From Thiobacillus sp. (GTDB lineage Bacteria > Pseudomonadota > Gammaproteobacteria > Burkholderiales > Thiobacillaceae): a DNA stretch of 64,000 bases. A program made the translations under genes and the position numbers. This document shows positions 1 through 10,172 of this stretch, piece by piece (positions within the stretch are counted from its first letter, which is position 1; the number at the start of each line of letters is the position of its first letter). Under the pieces are notes generated by a model, which worked only from the letters and a program-made list of their open reading frames with translations, was not told where the DNA came from and searched no databases. The stretch lies in the NCBI GenBank assembly GCA_041912015.1, contig JAYRNU010000011.1:8144-72143 (forward strand), given 5' to 3'.

Positions 1-1482
1 TCCGTTCACGGTGTAGTCCGGCGTTGCGGTGTCGAGCAGGGTCACCAGTTCGGGGGCTTCGCGCAAGGTCTCGACGCCGACCGAACTGGTGTCGTCGTCG
101 AGGCGCGACAGGCGACGAACGATGCCCAGCTGCCACGTGGTCGCATCGTGCGGCTTGACGGCGATCAGCGCGCCAACACGCAGCCAGTCCTTGTCGCGGG
201 ACTCCACGACGGCGCCATAGCCGCATTCGCTTTCGTCGTTCATGACCCAGCGTTCGTGCTCGCTGGGGTTGACGCTGGCCGAGATGTTCATTTGCGAGAC
301 GCGTTCCCGGGTACGGGTGGTGACGAAACCATAGACCTGTACGTCGTCTTCCTCGCTGTAGTTCAGCCCGGTGCCGTACGGTGACACCGGAACGGGCGCC
401 CCGGCCGCCTTGAGCAGGGACAGGATGGCACTGAGGCCGTGCGTGACGTCTGCCAGGCGCTTGATCGCTTCGCGGGGCGCGCGGCGCTGTTCTCGGCCCG
501 CCAGGGACGACCAGTGGCGCTGCAGATGGTCCAGCATCTCCAGACACTCGGCGGTGCGGGCATTTTCGGTCAACCCCAGTTCTGCCGGGGTCTTGCCCTC
601 GCGCAGTGCGGCATGGATCTCGTTCAGCTTGAGCAACAGGTCGGCCGTGGCCCAGAAGCGCAGCGGCTTCTGGGCGTCGGGTTTGCGGACACGACGCGGC
701 CCATGATCCGACGACAGGTCGACGACGAAGTTGTGCACATTGGTGTCGACGCGTGGATCGAGCTGAAGCGGCTCGTGCCAGCTCTCCAGCCAGTTGTCGA
801 GCAGGTCCAGCTGCTTCGGATAGAGCGTGCCGGAATTGGCCAGATGGAGCATCAGGATATGCAGGTAGGCCGTTTCGCAACTGCACTCGGCCTTGTCTTC
901 AGGATAGGCGCGCTGGGGTCTGCGATGGAAGCCCTCGGTTTCGGCGACACGGTAGAGATTGTGCAGGCGCAGCCAGAGCTTCTCCCCGGCGGGCAGGTAG
1001 CGGATCGCGCGCCACTTGAGCAGCTGCCCGAAGGTCCTGATGGCGCGCAGGGTAATCAGCGGAATCTGGCCCTCGTGCTGGCTTTTGCCCGCGTGCCGGG
1101 CGAAGTCCAGCACGAAGGCGTGATAGCCGCGCGCGACTTCCCAGTACAGGCCGTACACGGAATGCCACAGCTGGCTCTCGACCTGGCGGGACATGCGGGG
1201 GTTGCGCAGGTACTGACGCACCAGCGTGTCCTGCAGGTCGCGCGACTTTTCATCCAGCAGCATGAGTACCGCCAGACGATCTTTCGTGAAATCCGACGAA
1301 TTTTCATTGAAGCGCTTCAGCTCGTCGAGAACGGCCTGCTGGCACTTGAACGCATCGCCGATCGGCAGGCGCTCGATCCAGCGCAATGCCGTCTTCATGT
1401 TCGTCAGCGGGTCGTCATCCCGCTTGCCGAACGGCTTGAGGCGGGCGAGCTTCGATGCGAATTTGTCTGTCAGTGCGTTCAT
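1..1482 (-). CDS. FimW-like / PilZ-type c-di-GMP-binding protein, 3' end runs off the window
   Basis: Manual translation from ATG 1482 (MNALTDKFASKLARL...) stays open to position 1. It contains QRRAPR (RxxxR) and DESECG (DxSxxG) PilZ motifs after a long, probably helical N-terminal region. Absent from the ORF track because no stop lies in the window. Confidence 0.65.
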   Translation of the reverse strand, partial: MNALTDKFASKLARLKPFGKRDDDPLTNMKTALRWIERLPIGDAFKCQQAVLDELKRFNENSSDFTKDRLAVLMLLDEKSRDLQDTLVRQYLRNPRMSRQVESQLWHSVYGLYWEVARGYHAFVLDFARHAGKSQHEGQIPLITLRAIRTFGQLLKWRAIRYLPAGEKLWLRLHNLYRVAETEGFHRRPQRAYPEDKAECSCETAYLHILMLHLANSGTLYPKQLDLLDNWLESWHEPLQLDPRVDTNVHNFVVDLSSDHGPRRVRKPDAQKPLRFWATADLLLKLNEIHAALREGKTPAELGLTENARTAECLEMLDHLQRHWSSLAGREQRRAPREAIKRLADVTHGLSAILSLLKAAGAPVPVSPYGTGLNYSEEDDVQVYGFVTTRTRERVSQMNISASVNPSEHERWVMNDESECGYGAVVESRDKDWLRVGALIAVKPHDATTWQLGIVRRLSRLDDDTSSVGVETLREAPELVTLLDTATPDYTVNG

Positions 1483-1557
1483 GTTCTGCAAGCAATCCTG
1501 AGATGACGGCCCGGGTTTCGTGCGTGTCGACCTTGCTCCAGCAATTCCCGTGCCCGA

Positions 1558-4179
1558 CTATGGCGCCAATTTCTCCCGCACCCAGTCGGTGACCGACGCG
1601 AGGGCCGCAGGAAGCCGGGCGGGCTCGCTGCCGCCGGCCATGGCGAGGTCCGGCTTGCCGCCGCCCTTGCCGCCGACCTGCGTGGCAACAAAGTTGACCA
1701 GATCGCCTGCGCGCATCTTGCCCGTGACGTCGGGGGTCACGGCAGCGATCAGGCTGACCTTGCCGTCGACGACGGTGCCGAGCACCAGCGCGCATGACTT
1801 CAGCTTGTCGCGCAGCTTGTCTGCCGTTTCACGCAGCCCCTTGGCATCGATGCCGTCGAGCTGTGCCGCCAGCACGTGGACGCCGCCCAGGTTGACGGCC
1901 TGCTGCACGAGTTCGTCGCCCGCGCTGGCGGCCAATCTGGACTTCAGGCGGTCGAGTTCCTTTTCAAGCGCACGCACATTGTCGAGCATCTGGGTCAGCT
2001 TGGCACCCAGTTCGGCGGGCTGGGCTTTGAGCGCTGCGGCGGCCTGGCGGACTTCCTGCTCGCGAGCCTGCACCCACGACAGGGCGTTGTCGCCGGTGAT
2101 GGCCTCGACCCGGCGGATGCCGGCAGCCACCCCGGATTCCCCGACGATCTTGAACAGGCCGATGTCGCCGGTGCTGGCGACATGGGTCCCACCGCACAGT
2201 TCGCGTGAACTGCCGATGTCCAGCACGCGCACCTCATCGCCGTACTTCTCGCCGAACAGCATCATCGCCCCGGTCTTTTGCGCCGCCTCGATGGCCATCA
2301 CGCGCGCCTGCGTCGGGCTGTTGGCGAGGATCTCGGCATTGACGCGGGTTTCGACTTCGCGGATCTGCGCATCGGTCATCGGCGTCGGCTGGACGAAGTC
2401 GAAGCGGGTCTTCTCGGCATCGACGAGCGAGCCCTTCTGCTGCACGTGTGCGCCGAGCACCTCGCGCAGCGCCTTGTGCATCAGGTGGGTCGCCGAGTGG
2501 TTGCGCATGGTGCGCAGGCGCGCGACCTCGTCGACACGGGCGAGCACGGCGTCGCCGACTGCCAGCGAGCCGGTCTTGACCACGCCGTGGTGGCCGAATA
2601 CCTGAGCCTGGATCTTCTGTGTGTCCTCGACCTCGAATACGCCGTTCGTGCTCTGCAGGGCACCGCAGTCACCGACCTGGCCGCCCGACTCGGCATAAAA
2701 GGGGGTGTGGTCCAGCACCGCCACACCGAGTTCGCCTTCCTTGAGCTCGCTCACCGCAGTGCCGTCCCGGTACAGTGCAAGGACCGTGGCGTCGTGGGTC
2801 AGCGTGTCGTAGCCGTGGAAAGTCGTCGCTTCGCCCGTGTACTCGAGTCCGGCGCCAAGCTTGAACTTGCCGGCGGCGCGCGCTTGCGCCTTCTGCCGTG
2901 CCATGGCGGCATTGAACGCGGCGGTGTCGACACCGACGTTCGCTTCGCGACAGATGTCGGCCGTGAGATCGAGCGGAAAACCATAGGTGTCGTGCAGCTT
3001 GAAGGCCAGTTCGCCATCGAACGTTCCACCCGAGGGCAGCGTCTTGAGCGCGTCTTCGAGAATGCCCATGCCGTGTTCGATGGTTTCGAAGAAGCGTTCT
3101 TCCTCCTGTCGCAGAATTTCCATGACGCGGGCCTGCGCCGCGACGAGCTCGGGATAGGCGTCGCCCATCGCCGCGACGAGATCGGGCACGATGCGGCAGA
3201 AGAAGGCACTGCGCGCGCCGAGCTTGTAGCCATGGCGGATGGCGCGACGGATGATGCGGCGCAGCACGTAACCTCGCCCTTCATTGCCGGGGATGACGCC
3301 GTCGACGATCAGGAAGGAGCAGGCGCGGATGTGATCGGCAATGACCTTGAGCGAGCTGCTGGCCAGATCGGTCGTCCTGGTCTCGCGCGCTGCCGCAGCG
3401 ATCAGCGCATGGAACAGATCGATGTCGTAGTTCGAATGCACGTGCTGCATTACCGCCGAAATCCGTTCCAGGCCCATTCCGGTGTCGACCGAGGGCTTGG
3501 GCAGCGGATGCATGGTGCCCGACTCGTCGCGGTTGAACTGCATGAACACGTTGTTCCAGATCTCGATGTAGCGGTCGCCGTCCTCGTCGGGCGAGCCGGG
3601 CGGGCCGCCGGCGACCTCGGGGCCATGATCGTAGAAGATTTCGGTGCAGGGGCCGCAGGGCCCGGTATCGCCCATTGCCCAGAAATTGTCGGAAGCGTAG
3701 CGCGCGCCCTTGTTGTCGCCGATGCGGACGATGCGGTCCCTGGGCACGCCGATGTCGTTGGCCCAGATGTCATAGGCCTCGTCGTCCTCGGCGTAGACCG
3801 TGACCCAGAGTCTGTCGGCCGGCAGCTTCAGCACCTCGGTCAGATATTCCCAGGCGTACTTGATCGCATCCTGCTTGAAATAGTCGCCGAAGCTGAAGTT
3901 GCCCAGCATTTCGAAGAAGGTGTGGTGTCGCGCCGTGTAGCCGACGTTTTCCAGGTCGTTGTGCTTGCCGCCGGCACGCACGCAGCGCTGCGACGATGCC
4001 GCGCGGGTGTAGCTGCGCTTGTCCTGGCCGGTGAAAACGTCCTTGAACTGCACCATGCCGGCGTTGGTAAACAGCAGGGTGGGGTCGTTGCCCGGGACCA
4101 GCGGGCTGCTGGCGACGATGGTGTGGCCCTTGGAGGCAAAGAACTCGAGAAAACTCTGGCGAATGGCGCTGCTTTTCAT
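1558..4179 (-). CDS. alaS: Alanine--tRNA ligase
   Basis: [43 protein letters not shown], editing motifs HSATH and ELCGGTH, C-terminal GGKGGG. Confidence 0.99.
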   Translation of the reverse strand: MKSSAIRQSFLEFFASKGHTIVASSPLVPGNDPTLLFTNAGMVQFKDVFTGQDKRSYTRAASSQRCVRAGGKHNDLENVGYTARHHTFFEMLGNFSFGDYFKQDAIKYAWEYLTEVLKLPADRLWVTVYAEDDEAYDIWANDIGVPRDRIVRIGDNKGARYASDNFWAMGDTGPCGPCTEIFYDHGPEVAGGPPGSPDEDGDRYIEIWNNVFMQFNRDESGTMHPLPKPSVDTGMGLERISAVMQHVHSNYDIDLFHALIAAAARETRTTDLASSSLKVIADHIRACSFLIVDGVIPGNEGRGYVLRRIIRRAIRHGYKLGARSAFFCRIVPDLVAAMGDAYPELVAAQARVMEILRQEEERFFETIEHGMGILEDALKTLPSGGTFDGELAFKLHDTYGFPLDLTADICREANVGVDTAAFNAAMARQKAQARAAGKFKLGAGLEYTGEATTFHGYDTLTHDATVLALYRDGTAVSELKEGELGVAVLDHTPFYAESGGQVGDCGALQSTNGVFEVEDTQKIQAQVFGHHGVVKTGSLAVGDAVLARVDEVARLRTMRNHSATHLMHKALREVLGAHVQQKGSLVDAEKTRFDFVQPTPMTDAQIREVETRVNAEILANSPTQARVMAIEAAQKTGAMMLFGEKYGDEVRVLDIGSSRELCGGTHVASTGDIGLFKIVGESGVAAGIRRVEAITGDNALSWVQAREQEVRQAAAALKAQPAELGAKLTQMLDNVRALEKELDRLKSRLAASAGDELVQQAVNLGGVHVLAAQLDGIDAKGLRETADKLRDKLKSCALVLGTVVDGKVSLIAAVTPDVTGKMRAGDLVNFVATQVGGKGGGKPDLAMAGGSEPARLPAALASVTDWVREKLAP

Positions 4180-4342
4180 GATGAAGAAATGGTGGAGTCG
4201 AGCTTCAACGTCGAACAATGAGGCATTGTATCCGCTAAAGTTCGGCCCTTACAGGCACCTACGGCGGTTTATAGGCAAAGATAGCGAGCGTGGTCGTGCC
4301 GCGCGAACGGCTGGAAATGCCCGACGGTTCGCCGTGCAGACA

Positions 4343-5275
4343 TCAAGCCAGGCCCGGGGTTGACTGTGGTTTCCTGAATACGGTGGATGCCAGCAACCCT
4401 GCCAGGCCACCGCTTCGGGCGAGCGGATGCAGGGCATTGTGCTCGACCGAACCGTTCGGGATGCTGAGGGCGATCAGCCGTGCCGGCACCACGCTGGAGA
4501 ATGCCTCGGCGGCGTGCCTGTCCTTGAGGCAGTCAGAACCGAACGCCAGGAAAATTTCCGGATTGCCGGCCGACGCGTCGACAAGGCGCCGAAACAGCTG
4601 CCGCAGCCCCGTGCCATCGGCAGCCAGCCATCTTGGGTCGTCGGGGTGATTGCCGCCAACGGACAGTGCCGCATCGAGATTCAGGCGCAGGGCGCTCATG
4701 ATCGCCGGGATCCCGCCGCCGCTCGTGCCGATCGAGACCGCGCTCCGGTAGTCGTCGACGCCGAGGATGTCCCCAAGCCTGTCGATCGAAGCCTCCAGGC
4801 TGTCGGCCACGCCGCCGATCCCTTGCCGATAGCTGTTCCGCGTCGGGTCACGCATGAATGCGACATCGACTTGCGCCGCATCGATGTGCTGCAGAAACAC
4901 CGGCAGCGGCATCATCATGCGCTGCGCACGCCCAGAGAAACAGATGGCGAGCGTCTTGTCCGAGCGGCTCCCGCCTGTCGTGAACAGCGTCAGCCGCTGC
5001 CGCAGGCGATGGCGCATGAAGGGTTCCGGGCCAGGTTTTCCACTTTTTGCGTACAGGCGATGAAGCGTCTCGATCCAATGAAGCTGGGCGGGCGACGGGT
5101 CGGTCCCTTGGGCGGCACGAAAGACCGTGTCCCAGCTGTGCCGTGCAGGCGACATTTCCCGGCGCAGGGCATCCAGTTCGAGCGGCGTCATGCGATTCTC
5201 GAGATCGATGTGCAGCTTGTTCAGCATGTTGTGCGTCCTGCATCCGCGCGCCAGGCGGTTGTAGCGTTCGATCAT
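4343..5275 (-). CDS. Alpha/beta-hydrolase-fold protein (putative thioesterase or acyltransferase)
   Basis: Nucleophile elbow SIGTSGGG (GxSxG), a later Asp (GSDCLKD) and His (VEHNAL). Start overlaps the ACP stop (ATGA). Confidence 0.6.
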   Translation of the reverse strand: MIERYNRLARGCRTHNMLNKLHIDLENRMTPLELDALRREMSPARHSWDTVFRAAQGTDPSPAQLHWIETLHRLYAKSGKPGPEPFMRHRLRQRLTLFTTGGSRSDKTLAICFSGRAQRMMMPLPVFLQHIDAAQVDVAFMRDPTRNSYRQGIGGVADSLEASIDRLGDILGVDDYRSAVSIGTSGGGIPAIMSALRLNLDAALSVGGNHPDDPRWLAADGTGLRQLFRRLVDASAGNPEIFLAFGSDCLKDRHAAEAFSSVVPARLIALSIPNGSVEHNALHPLARSGGLAGLLASTVFRKPQSTPGLA

Positions 5276-5538
5276 GGCAACCCCGCACGGACGACGTCGA
5301 CCAGGCGATCCAGGGAACCGATCGTCTGCAAATCGTTCGGCACGATCGAAACGCCGGTATTGATTTCAATGGCGATGCACAGCTCCATTTCTGCCAGGCT
5401 GTCCATGTCGAGCTCCGCCAGGGCGATGTCGCGACGGCCCTCGAGAAAAATGGGGGTCAGGTCTTTGGTTCGCATGGCGGTCATGCAGGCATACTCGAGC
5501 TCCTGGGCGATGAGGCTGCGGATTTCTTCGTCTGTCAT
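5272..5538 (-). CDS. Acyl/phosphopantetheine carrier protein
   Basis: 88 aa, acidic, LDMDSLAEMEL carries the DSL phosphopantetheinylation Ser. Overlaps both neighbours by 4 bp. Confidence 0.85.
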   Translation of the reverse strand: MTDEEIRSLIAQELEYACMTAMRTKDLTPIFLEGRRDIALAELDMDSLAEMELCIAIEINTGVSIVPNDLQTIGSLDRLVDVVRAGLP

Positions 5539-6971
5539 GGTTCGGATCCTGCCTGACGGAAGGACGACCGGATGACTCGCCGCATGATCTTGCCCTGCGC
5601 GTTGCGAGGCAGGCTCGGCAGGATCAGGATGCGACGGGGCGACCTCAAGGCCAGATGCTGGCGGGCATAGAGCCGCAGTTCCGAGACCGTGACGACCGCG
5701 TTGGTGCGCAGTTCGACGGCCGCGACCGGGATTTGGCCATGCACCGGGGACGGCAAAGACAGCGCCGCCGCCACGCTGACCGCCGGATGGGCCTCGAGAA
5801 CGCGCTCGATTTCGGCAGGGAAAATATTCAGGCCATTGAGGATGATCATGTCGTCCTTGCGCCCCTGGACGACCAGGTGACCGTCCGCCCGCAGGTATCC
5901 GACGCCGCCCGGATAGAACCAGCCGTCGCGGAAACGCGCGGCGCTGTCGACCGGGCTGTCGACATATGCCGTCGCCATGCCCGGCGCCCGCAGGCGAATT
6001 TCTCCAGCATCACCGGATGGCAGCACGTTGCCGTCGGCATCGACGATCTCGAGTTCGACGCCCTCCAGCAGCCTGCCTGCGCTCGCCTCGGCATCGTGCT
6101 CGCCGGGGCGGGCCATGGCGATGCCGCCGCACTCGGTCGCTGCGTAGCGCACGTACAGGTTCCGGGTGACCGATTTCTCGATGCTGCGGCGAACATCGAC
6201 CGGCACTTCGGAGCCGCCGGTCCTGAGCTTGATGCCCGCCAGCCGATGCGCGTCATGCGTGGCGGCGAGATCCGACGCATGCATTCGCGAAATGTCGAGG
6301 CAGGTGACCTCATGGCGGAGCGCGAAGTCGACGATGTCGATCGGTTTCCTGGGACGGAACACGTTGGTGCCGCCGGCCCAGACGCAATAGAGCCGATGTC
6401 GCTTGCTATTGTTGTGCTCGATCGAGGCCAGTCTGAGCAGCCGTTCTCCTGCATAGTCGTCATGCCGTGCCGCCTGATCGGCGATCTGCCGTTCGCTGAA
6501 GGCGACGATGTTCATGTCGCCGGTCGTGCCCGATGTCCGAAGAAAGAGCGTTGCGACGTCGGCAGGCAAATCGTCGGCTAGGGCCGCTGAAGCCTGTTCC
6601 TGGCCGGGAAAATTCAGGAAAGTCGTCCCGGGAATCCGGTACGCATCGCTTGCGGACAGCACGTGCGACACGCGCACCCGTTCGGCGAGCCGGGCGCGCA
6701 GCGCCGCTGCGTCATGGGTGGCGAGCGTGATTTGGGTTGCGCCTGCGGCCATGAGCGACAGCGAGGCGATCAGATGCTCGACCTCGTCGTCCAGTGCCAG
6801 CCCGACGACGGCTCCCTGAGCGATGCCGTGCCTTCTCAGGTAGCCTAGGCCTGCTTCGACCCGCCGAAGCAGTTGGGCATAACTCAAGCTATCGCGGGCA
6901 GTTGCGATGGCCGCATGCCCCGGTCTGCGCGCCGCATGATGCCTCAGTCTTTCACAAAACCCCGGTGACAA
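5535..6971 (-). CDS. Class I adenylate-forming (AMP-binding) enzyme, divergent
   Basis: TSGTTG P-loop, YAATE, GRKDDMI..G.NI.PAEIE, LPRNAQGKI. Start placed at TTG 6971, downstream of a GGAG RBS. Confidence 0.85.
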   Translation of the reverse strand: MSPGFCERLRHHAARRPGHAAIATARDSLSYAQLLRRVEAGLGYLRRHGIAQGAVVGLALDDEVEHLIASLSLMAAGATQITLATHDAAALRARLAERVRVSHVLSASDAYRIPGTTFLNFPGQEQASAALADDLPADVATLFLRTSGTTGDMNIVAFSERQIADQAARHDDYAGERLLRLASIEHNNSKRHRLYCVWAGGTNVFRPRKPIDIVDFALRHEVTCLDISRMHASDLAATHDAHRLAGIKLRTGGSEVPVDVRRSIEKSVTRNLYVRYAATECGGIAMARPGEHDAEASAGRLLEGVELEIVDADGNVLPSGDAGEIRLRAPGMATAYVDSPVDSAARFRDGWFYPGGVGYLRADGHLVVQGRKDDMIILNGLNIFPAEIERVLEAHPAVSVAAALSLPSPVHGQIPVAAVELRTNAVVTVSELRLYARQHLALRSPRRILILPSLPRNAQGKIMRRVIRSSFRQAGSEP

Positions 6972-7306
6972 TTGGTTTCTCCGCTGCAGTGTGCTTGCTC
7001 CATCGTCCTGTCCGGCTACAAGCCGTGCTCGCCAACGGTAACACGGCGCCGTGCAAACGCGGTGCAAAGTGCCCGGATTCCGCGGCGAATGGTTTTCATC
7101 CCAGGCCGTTCCGGGTTGCCGGCGATCACAGGGGGCGTCGGCCCACCGGCATGTTGCGGCGCGATGTCCGGCGGGCGGCTATCCTGAGCCTGGGCGCCCG
7201 TTGTCGCTGCGGCGACGGCCCGTTCGTTATGGTTACCAACCGTGCTGCGCCAGTGCCCTGCGCCTGCTTGTCTGCCGCAGGCACCGGCAGCGTACTTCAC
7301 GCAAAG

Positions 7307-7330
7307 AAAAAGGGGCACAAGCCCCTTTTT
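7307..7330. terminator. Intrinsic terminator after soxB (symmetric, possibly bidirectional)
   Basis: AAAAAGGGGC-ACAA-GCCCCTTTTT. Confidence 0.85.
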
Positions 7331-7354
7331 CCTGCGTGCATGCGCGCGAGTCAA

Positions 7355-9100
7355 TCAGGATTTGATGACGCCACGATAGTCCTCGATGCCCGGATTGGAC
7401 TTGTTGACGCCGATCAGTGTAGGCGAGTTCAGCTTGACGTCCTTGATGACCTTCTTGTCGCGCAGGTAGCTTGCGACAATCTCCCAGATCGGCGCGCCTT
7501 CGGCGTTTTCGCCAACCGGCGCCCAGCCCGCGACCTTGTACTTCTTGTTTGGATCGACCGGCTTGCCATTGATCCGCATGTCATTGATACGCTTGCCGAT
7601 GGTCTGGCTCGGGGTGACCGAGTATTCGATGCCGCCCACGCGCACCATGTCGCCACCTTGCTGGTAATAGGGGTCGGCGTTGAACAGGTTGTCGCAGACG
7701 TCCTCCATGATGGTCTTGATCGTTTCGCCGGTCATGTCCGTCAGCGAGGTCTGCGGATAGGTGATCGCAGTCTGGTCCATCAGCCGTTCCATCGTGATGG
7801 TGTCGCCCGGCAGCAGCGTCGTGCCCCAGCGGAAACCGGGGGAGAACGACGCGTCCGCACCCTTGACGGCCATCAGCGCGTCGCAGATCAGTTGATCCCA
7901 GGTGCCATTGAAGTTGCCGCGGCGATACAGCAGGTCGTCGGACACGGCGAGCTTTTCGTTGAGCTTGTCCTCGTAGGGGGCGCGATACTTCTTGATCAGT
8001 TCGGTCATGCCCGGGTCTGCCGGCAGCAGGTTGGAGAATACCGGCAGCAAGCGGTATTTGTAGCTGGCGACACGGTTGCCCTTGACCTCGAAATCCATCA
8101 CGCCGAGGAACTTGCCGTTGGATCCGGCGTTGGTGACGAGCGTGATGCCCTTTGCATTCTTGACCTGGACCGGCTGCGGCACGCCGTCATGGGTGTGGCC
8201 GCCGAAGATGGCGTCGATGCCGGTGACGCGGCTGGCCATCTTGAGGTCGACGTCCATGCCGTTGTGCGAGATCACGACGACGACCTTGGCGCCCTTGGCG
8301 CGCGCATCGTCGACCCACTTCTGCATGCCGTCGTCGCGGATGCCGAAGCTCCAGTCAGGCACCATCCAGCGCGGGTTGGCGATCGGCGTGTAGGGGAAAG
8401 CCTGACCGATGACGGCAACCTTGACGCCGTTCATTTCCTTCATCACGTAGGGCTTGAACACCTGGTCGCCGAAGTCGTTGGTGACGATGTTCTGTGCGAC
8501 GAAATCCACGCCGGCCTTCTTGAAGTCATTGTTGACGATTTCCATCACGCGGTCGGCACCGTAGGTTGCTTCCCAGTGCGGAGTCATGATGTTGACGCCA
8601 AGCGCGATGCAGGCGTCGACCATGTCCTGGGCATCGGTCCACAACGCAGTGGCCGAACCTTGCCAGGTGTCGCCGCCGTCGAGCAGCAATGCACCGGGAC
8701 GTTGTGCCCGCATCTTGTCGACCAGGGTCTTCAGGTGGGCGAAGCCGCCGACCTTGCCATAGACCTTGGCGGCCTCGGTGAAGTCGAGAAACGTGAACGC
8801 GTGTGCTTCGGCCGTGCCGGGCTTGATGCCATATTCCTTCAGCAGTTTGGTTCCGACAATGTGCGGAACCTTGCCGTAGGCGTCGCCGACGCCGAGGTTG
8901 ACGTTGGGTTCGCGAAACCAGACTGGAAGCAGCTGCGCATGGCAGTCGGTCATGTGCAGGAACGACACGTTGCCGTGGCGCGGGACATCGTAGAAACTGG
9001 CGGGGGCGGTGCCGGCCAGGGCGGACTTGCTGTCCAGGGCCATGCCGGATGCGGCGGCAACGGCGAGCAATTGCAGAAACTCACGGCGGTTCATATGCAT
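7355..9100 (-). CDS. soxB: Thiosulfohydrolase SoxB
   Basis: Tat signal MNRREFLQ, HMTDCHAQL, DGGDTWQGS, GGHTHD, LLYRRGNFNG; RBS GAGGAG; last gene of the sox cluster. Confidence 0.98.
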   Translation of the reverse strand: MHMNRREFLQLLAVAAASGMALDSKSALAGTAPASFYDVPRHGNVSFLHMTDCHAQLLPVWFREPNVNLGVGDAYGKVPHIVGTKLLKEYGIKPGTAEAHAFTFLDFTEAAKVYGKVGGFAHLKTLVDKMRAQRPGALLLDGGDTWQGSATALWTDAQDMVDACIALGVNIMTPHWEATYGADRVMEIVNNDFKKAGVDFVAQNIVTNDFGDQVFKPYVMKEMNGVKVAVIGQAFPYTPIANPRWMVPDWSFGIRDDGMQKWVDDARAKGAKVVVVISHNGMDVDLKMASRVTGIDAIFGGHTHDGVPQPVQVKNAKGITLVTNAGSNGKFLGVMDFEVKGNRVASYKYRLLPVFSNLLPADPGMTELIKKYRAPYEDKLNEKLAVSDDLLYRRGNFNGTWDQLICDALMAVKGADASFSPGFRWGTTLLPGDTITMERLMDQTAITYPQTSLTDMTGETIKTIMEDVCDNLFNADPYYQQGGDMVRVGGIEYSVTPSQTIGKRINDMRINGKPVDPNKKYKVAGWAPVGENAEGAPIWEIVASYLRDKKVIKDVKLNSPTLIGVNKSNPGIEDYRGVIKS

Positions 9101-9209
9101 GGGTGCTCTCCTCGAGTGATGTCGTTTGAATGGGTGCCGTATTGTTGTTTTTCGCGGCACTTCGAGTAAATAGTAGCTCCGGCTCATGATGCGGGGCTAC
9201 ACGGACCAT

Positions 9210-9240
9210 AAAAGCAAAGAAGCCCGGATGACCGGGCTTC
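9210..9240 (-). terminator. Terminator/attenuator hairpin between soxA and soxB
   Basis: Minus strand GAAGCCCGG-TCAT-CCGGGCTTC followed by TTTGCTTTT. Confidence 0.65.
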
Positions 9241-9257
9241 CTCTTGCAACTGCTGGC

Positions 9258-10103
9258 TTACTTGCGGAACACCGATGCCTTCAGCGGCAGGCCGTTGGAA
9301 ATTGCCGAATGGAAATATTCCAGGTTGTTCAGCTTTTCGGAACCTGCCGGCGCGGAAATGCCACGAACCGACTTGAAGCAGCCGACGTAGCGTCCCTGCA
9401 GCGTGACCAGGGTGTCGCCGCCGCGGAACACCGGCCAGTGCACGGCCTGACCGATTGCAGGCGAGATGAGTTCCGAGCGCAGGCGATTGCCGGCATTCTG
9501 CACGTGGCAGCTCGAGCAGGCGAAGTTCAACTGCCCGGCACGGCTGAAGAAGGTTCTCTTGCCGTCCTCGTAGGCCGCTATGGCCTTGGGTCCCTCGACC
9601 TTGATATTCATCAGCATGCCGTCCGACAGGGTGCGCATGTAGGCCGTCAGCAGACCGATGGTCTTGGGGTCGCTGGGCTTGAAAGCTTCCTCGCCATTTG
9701 CGGTGCGGCAGGCGTTGATCGCGTCCTCCAGCGTCACGACCTTGCCGGAAGCGTTGTCGAACATCGGGTAGTTGCCAGCGATCTGCTTGCCGCCATTGGG
9801 CAGGCAGTCGGCGTAGGTCTTGCCGTTCTTGAACGGCGTTTCCCACATCTTGCGACCCTTGTCGATATCACCTTCGAAGGGCGGGAATTCCATGATCGCC
9901 TCGTATTGCGCCATGCTGTCCGGATCGAATGCCAGCGCGCCGTAGACGTAATCTTCGATCTTGATGTTGGGGTACTTGCCAGTGAAATACTTAGTCAGTT
10001 CCTGCCTGTCTGCCTCGGGCGTGGCGTGCGCTGTGGCGACGCCAAAAGCGATGCCCAAGCCTACCATCCCTGTCAGCAGTTTCGTAATGGTTTTTTGTTT
10101 CAT
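9258..10103 (-). CDS. soxA: SoxA, c-type cytochrome subunit of SoxAX (monohaem type)
   Basis: Signal peptide, one CSSCH haem motif, RAGQLNFAC, active-site RYVGCFKSVR. Confidence 0.97.
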   Translation of the reverse strand: MKQKTITKLLTGMVGLGIAFGVATAHATPEADRQELTKYFTGKYPNIKIEDYVYGALAFDPDSMAQYEAIMEFPPFEGDIDKGRKMWETPFKNGKTYADCLPNGGKQIAGNYPMFDNASGKVVTLEDAINACRTANGEEAFKPSDPKTIGLLTAYMRTLSDGMLMNIKVEGPKAIAAYEDGKRTFFSRAGQLNFACSSCHVQNAGNRLRSELISPAIGQAVHWPVFRGGDTLVTLQGRYVGCFKSVRGISAPAGSEKLNNLEYFHSAISNGLPLKASVFRK

Positions 10104-10172
10104 GCCGTCCTCCAGAAACCTTTGAATAAAACGGGAGCGGGGCCTGTCGCCCCGCCCCTTGTGCTGCCTGGC

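Noticed and set aside
7053-7070. Sigma54-like TTGCAC-N5-TTGCA upstream of the adenylation operon
   Set aside because: It lacks the invariant GG at -24.
6794-9169. 791-aa plus-strand ORF, and similar long antisense ORFs such as 2278-4221, 15950-17551, 34188-35981 and 54211-55608
   Set aside because: They lie opposite clearly identified genes, have no motifs, and are expected shadows of high-GC codon bias.
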